This document shows, one piece after another, positions 62,972-64,000 of a stretch of DNA of 64,000 nt. The notes below the pieces were generated by a model, which made no database searches, was not told where the DNA came from, and saw nothing but the letters and a program-made list of their open reading frames with translations. Location: positions 39,682,001-39,746,000 of the forward strand of contig CM097885.1 of assembly GCA_044892525.1 (NCBI GenBank), written 5' to 3'. The first letter of the stretch is position 1, and every line of letters starts with the position of its first letter. The DNA is from Schmidtea polychroa (taxonomy: Eukaryota). Both the position numbers and the translations under genes were made by a program.

Positions 62972-63947
62972 TCAGAATTCTTCTCTTCTTACCGCCTTTA
63001 ATGCAAACCTTCTCGTGTCGTTGAAAAATCCGATACAATCCTCCGTGGTTATCGAATTGTGTCCCATTTCAATAGCGTTTTTCAACTCGATTACATTTAG
63101 AACGTTAGCCGATTTGACAATTGATTTCCATTTCGAGAAACACTCTTCAATCGGATTTAATTGCGGCGAATAAGGTGGTAAAAAGCGTAACGTAAATCCA
63201 GAATTGTTGATCAAATCGCGTACGCCAACACTTTTATGTATTGTACAATTATCCATTATAATCGTACCTGTCGATATTCCTTTCGATCGTAGATTTCCTA
63301 TAAATTGGGAGACAAAATTTGTAAACTTCTCTGCATTGTATCCACCTTCTACAACTTCAAAATTCAAAATCGACATTTTGCTGATTGCTGCGCACACTGA
63401 ATAGTTTTTACTTCGTATACTTCTCACTTCTTTGCGAGCAGGCGACCCTACTTCGCTTCGTCCTTCATCAAGGAAAAAGACATGGTCCTCGTTTAATGCC
63501 AAATATTCATTGGCATACTCATACCTGCGCTCAATAGCTTCCGCAGTGTTGCGGGCAGCGGAAATTAAGGTTACTCGTTTAAAAGAGAAATTAAAGTCTT
63601 TGATTGACCTATGAATTGTGGCCAACGATACGTTAACATTCATAGACTCACTCAAACTTCTTTTCATACCTCTCAACGGAGTAGAACAATCATCGGAAAT
63701 TTTTTCTTTTAGAAAAACTAAATGCTCTTCGCTCAATTTTTTGGACTTACACCCTCTATCTTCCATTTTATCAATCCTTCCTGTCGTCTTGTAAATGCTA
63801 ATAATACTATAAACAGTTTTATAGTTCATAACGAGATCTGCAGCAATTTTTTTTTACGCTTTGGCCGGAATCAAATTTGATACATATAAGTTTTCTCGCA
63901 GCATTGCTCAATTGTGATTTTTTTGTTGGAGGTGTCTTATGGTTCAT
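62972..63947 (-). pseudogene. IS630/Tc1-like DD34E transposase (frameshifted, short internal deletion)
   Basis: FLDE, IMDNCTIHK and LPPYSPQLNPIEE with 34 residues between D2 and E; upstream ATG at 63947 joined through an A9 run; the segment after FLDE looks shortened. Confidence 0.85.
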
Positions 63948-64000
63948 TGATTTTGAAAAATATTAATATTTTATGGATATTATATATACATATTTGAATT

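Overview
AT-rich eukaryotic (invertebrate-type) genomic DNA with very short (about 38-53 nt) GT-AG introns and a heavy transposon load; no prokaryotic features. (1) A ~28.6 kb plus-strand multi-exon gene (about 6220-34814, 5' end unresolved) that I could splice by hand into one phase-consistent reading frame of about 1310 codons. It has five to six tandem apextrin C-terminal (ApeC)-like repeats, three EGF-like modules, a stabilin-like FAS1-like region, one transmembrane helix and a short tail. (2) An RBBP6 orthologue on the minus strand (49155-53309). (3) Two near-identical intact Buster-type hAT transposons in opposite orientation inside introns of the ApeC gene, plus a MULE nested in a hAT MITE and several other MITEs. 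(4) A recent intact Ty3/Gypsy element with a clear -1 frameshift signal, inserted into an intronless alpha-catulin N-terminal fragment. (5) A decayed BEL/Pao gag-protease carrying an N-terminal ubiquitin-like domain and bounded by short inverted repeats. (6) Remnants of piggyBac, hATm and Tc1/IS630 elements and a DDX39/UAP56 pseudogene. All family assignments come from motif recognition by eye, not database searches.
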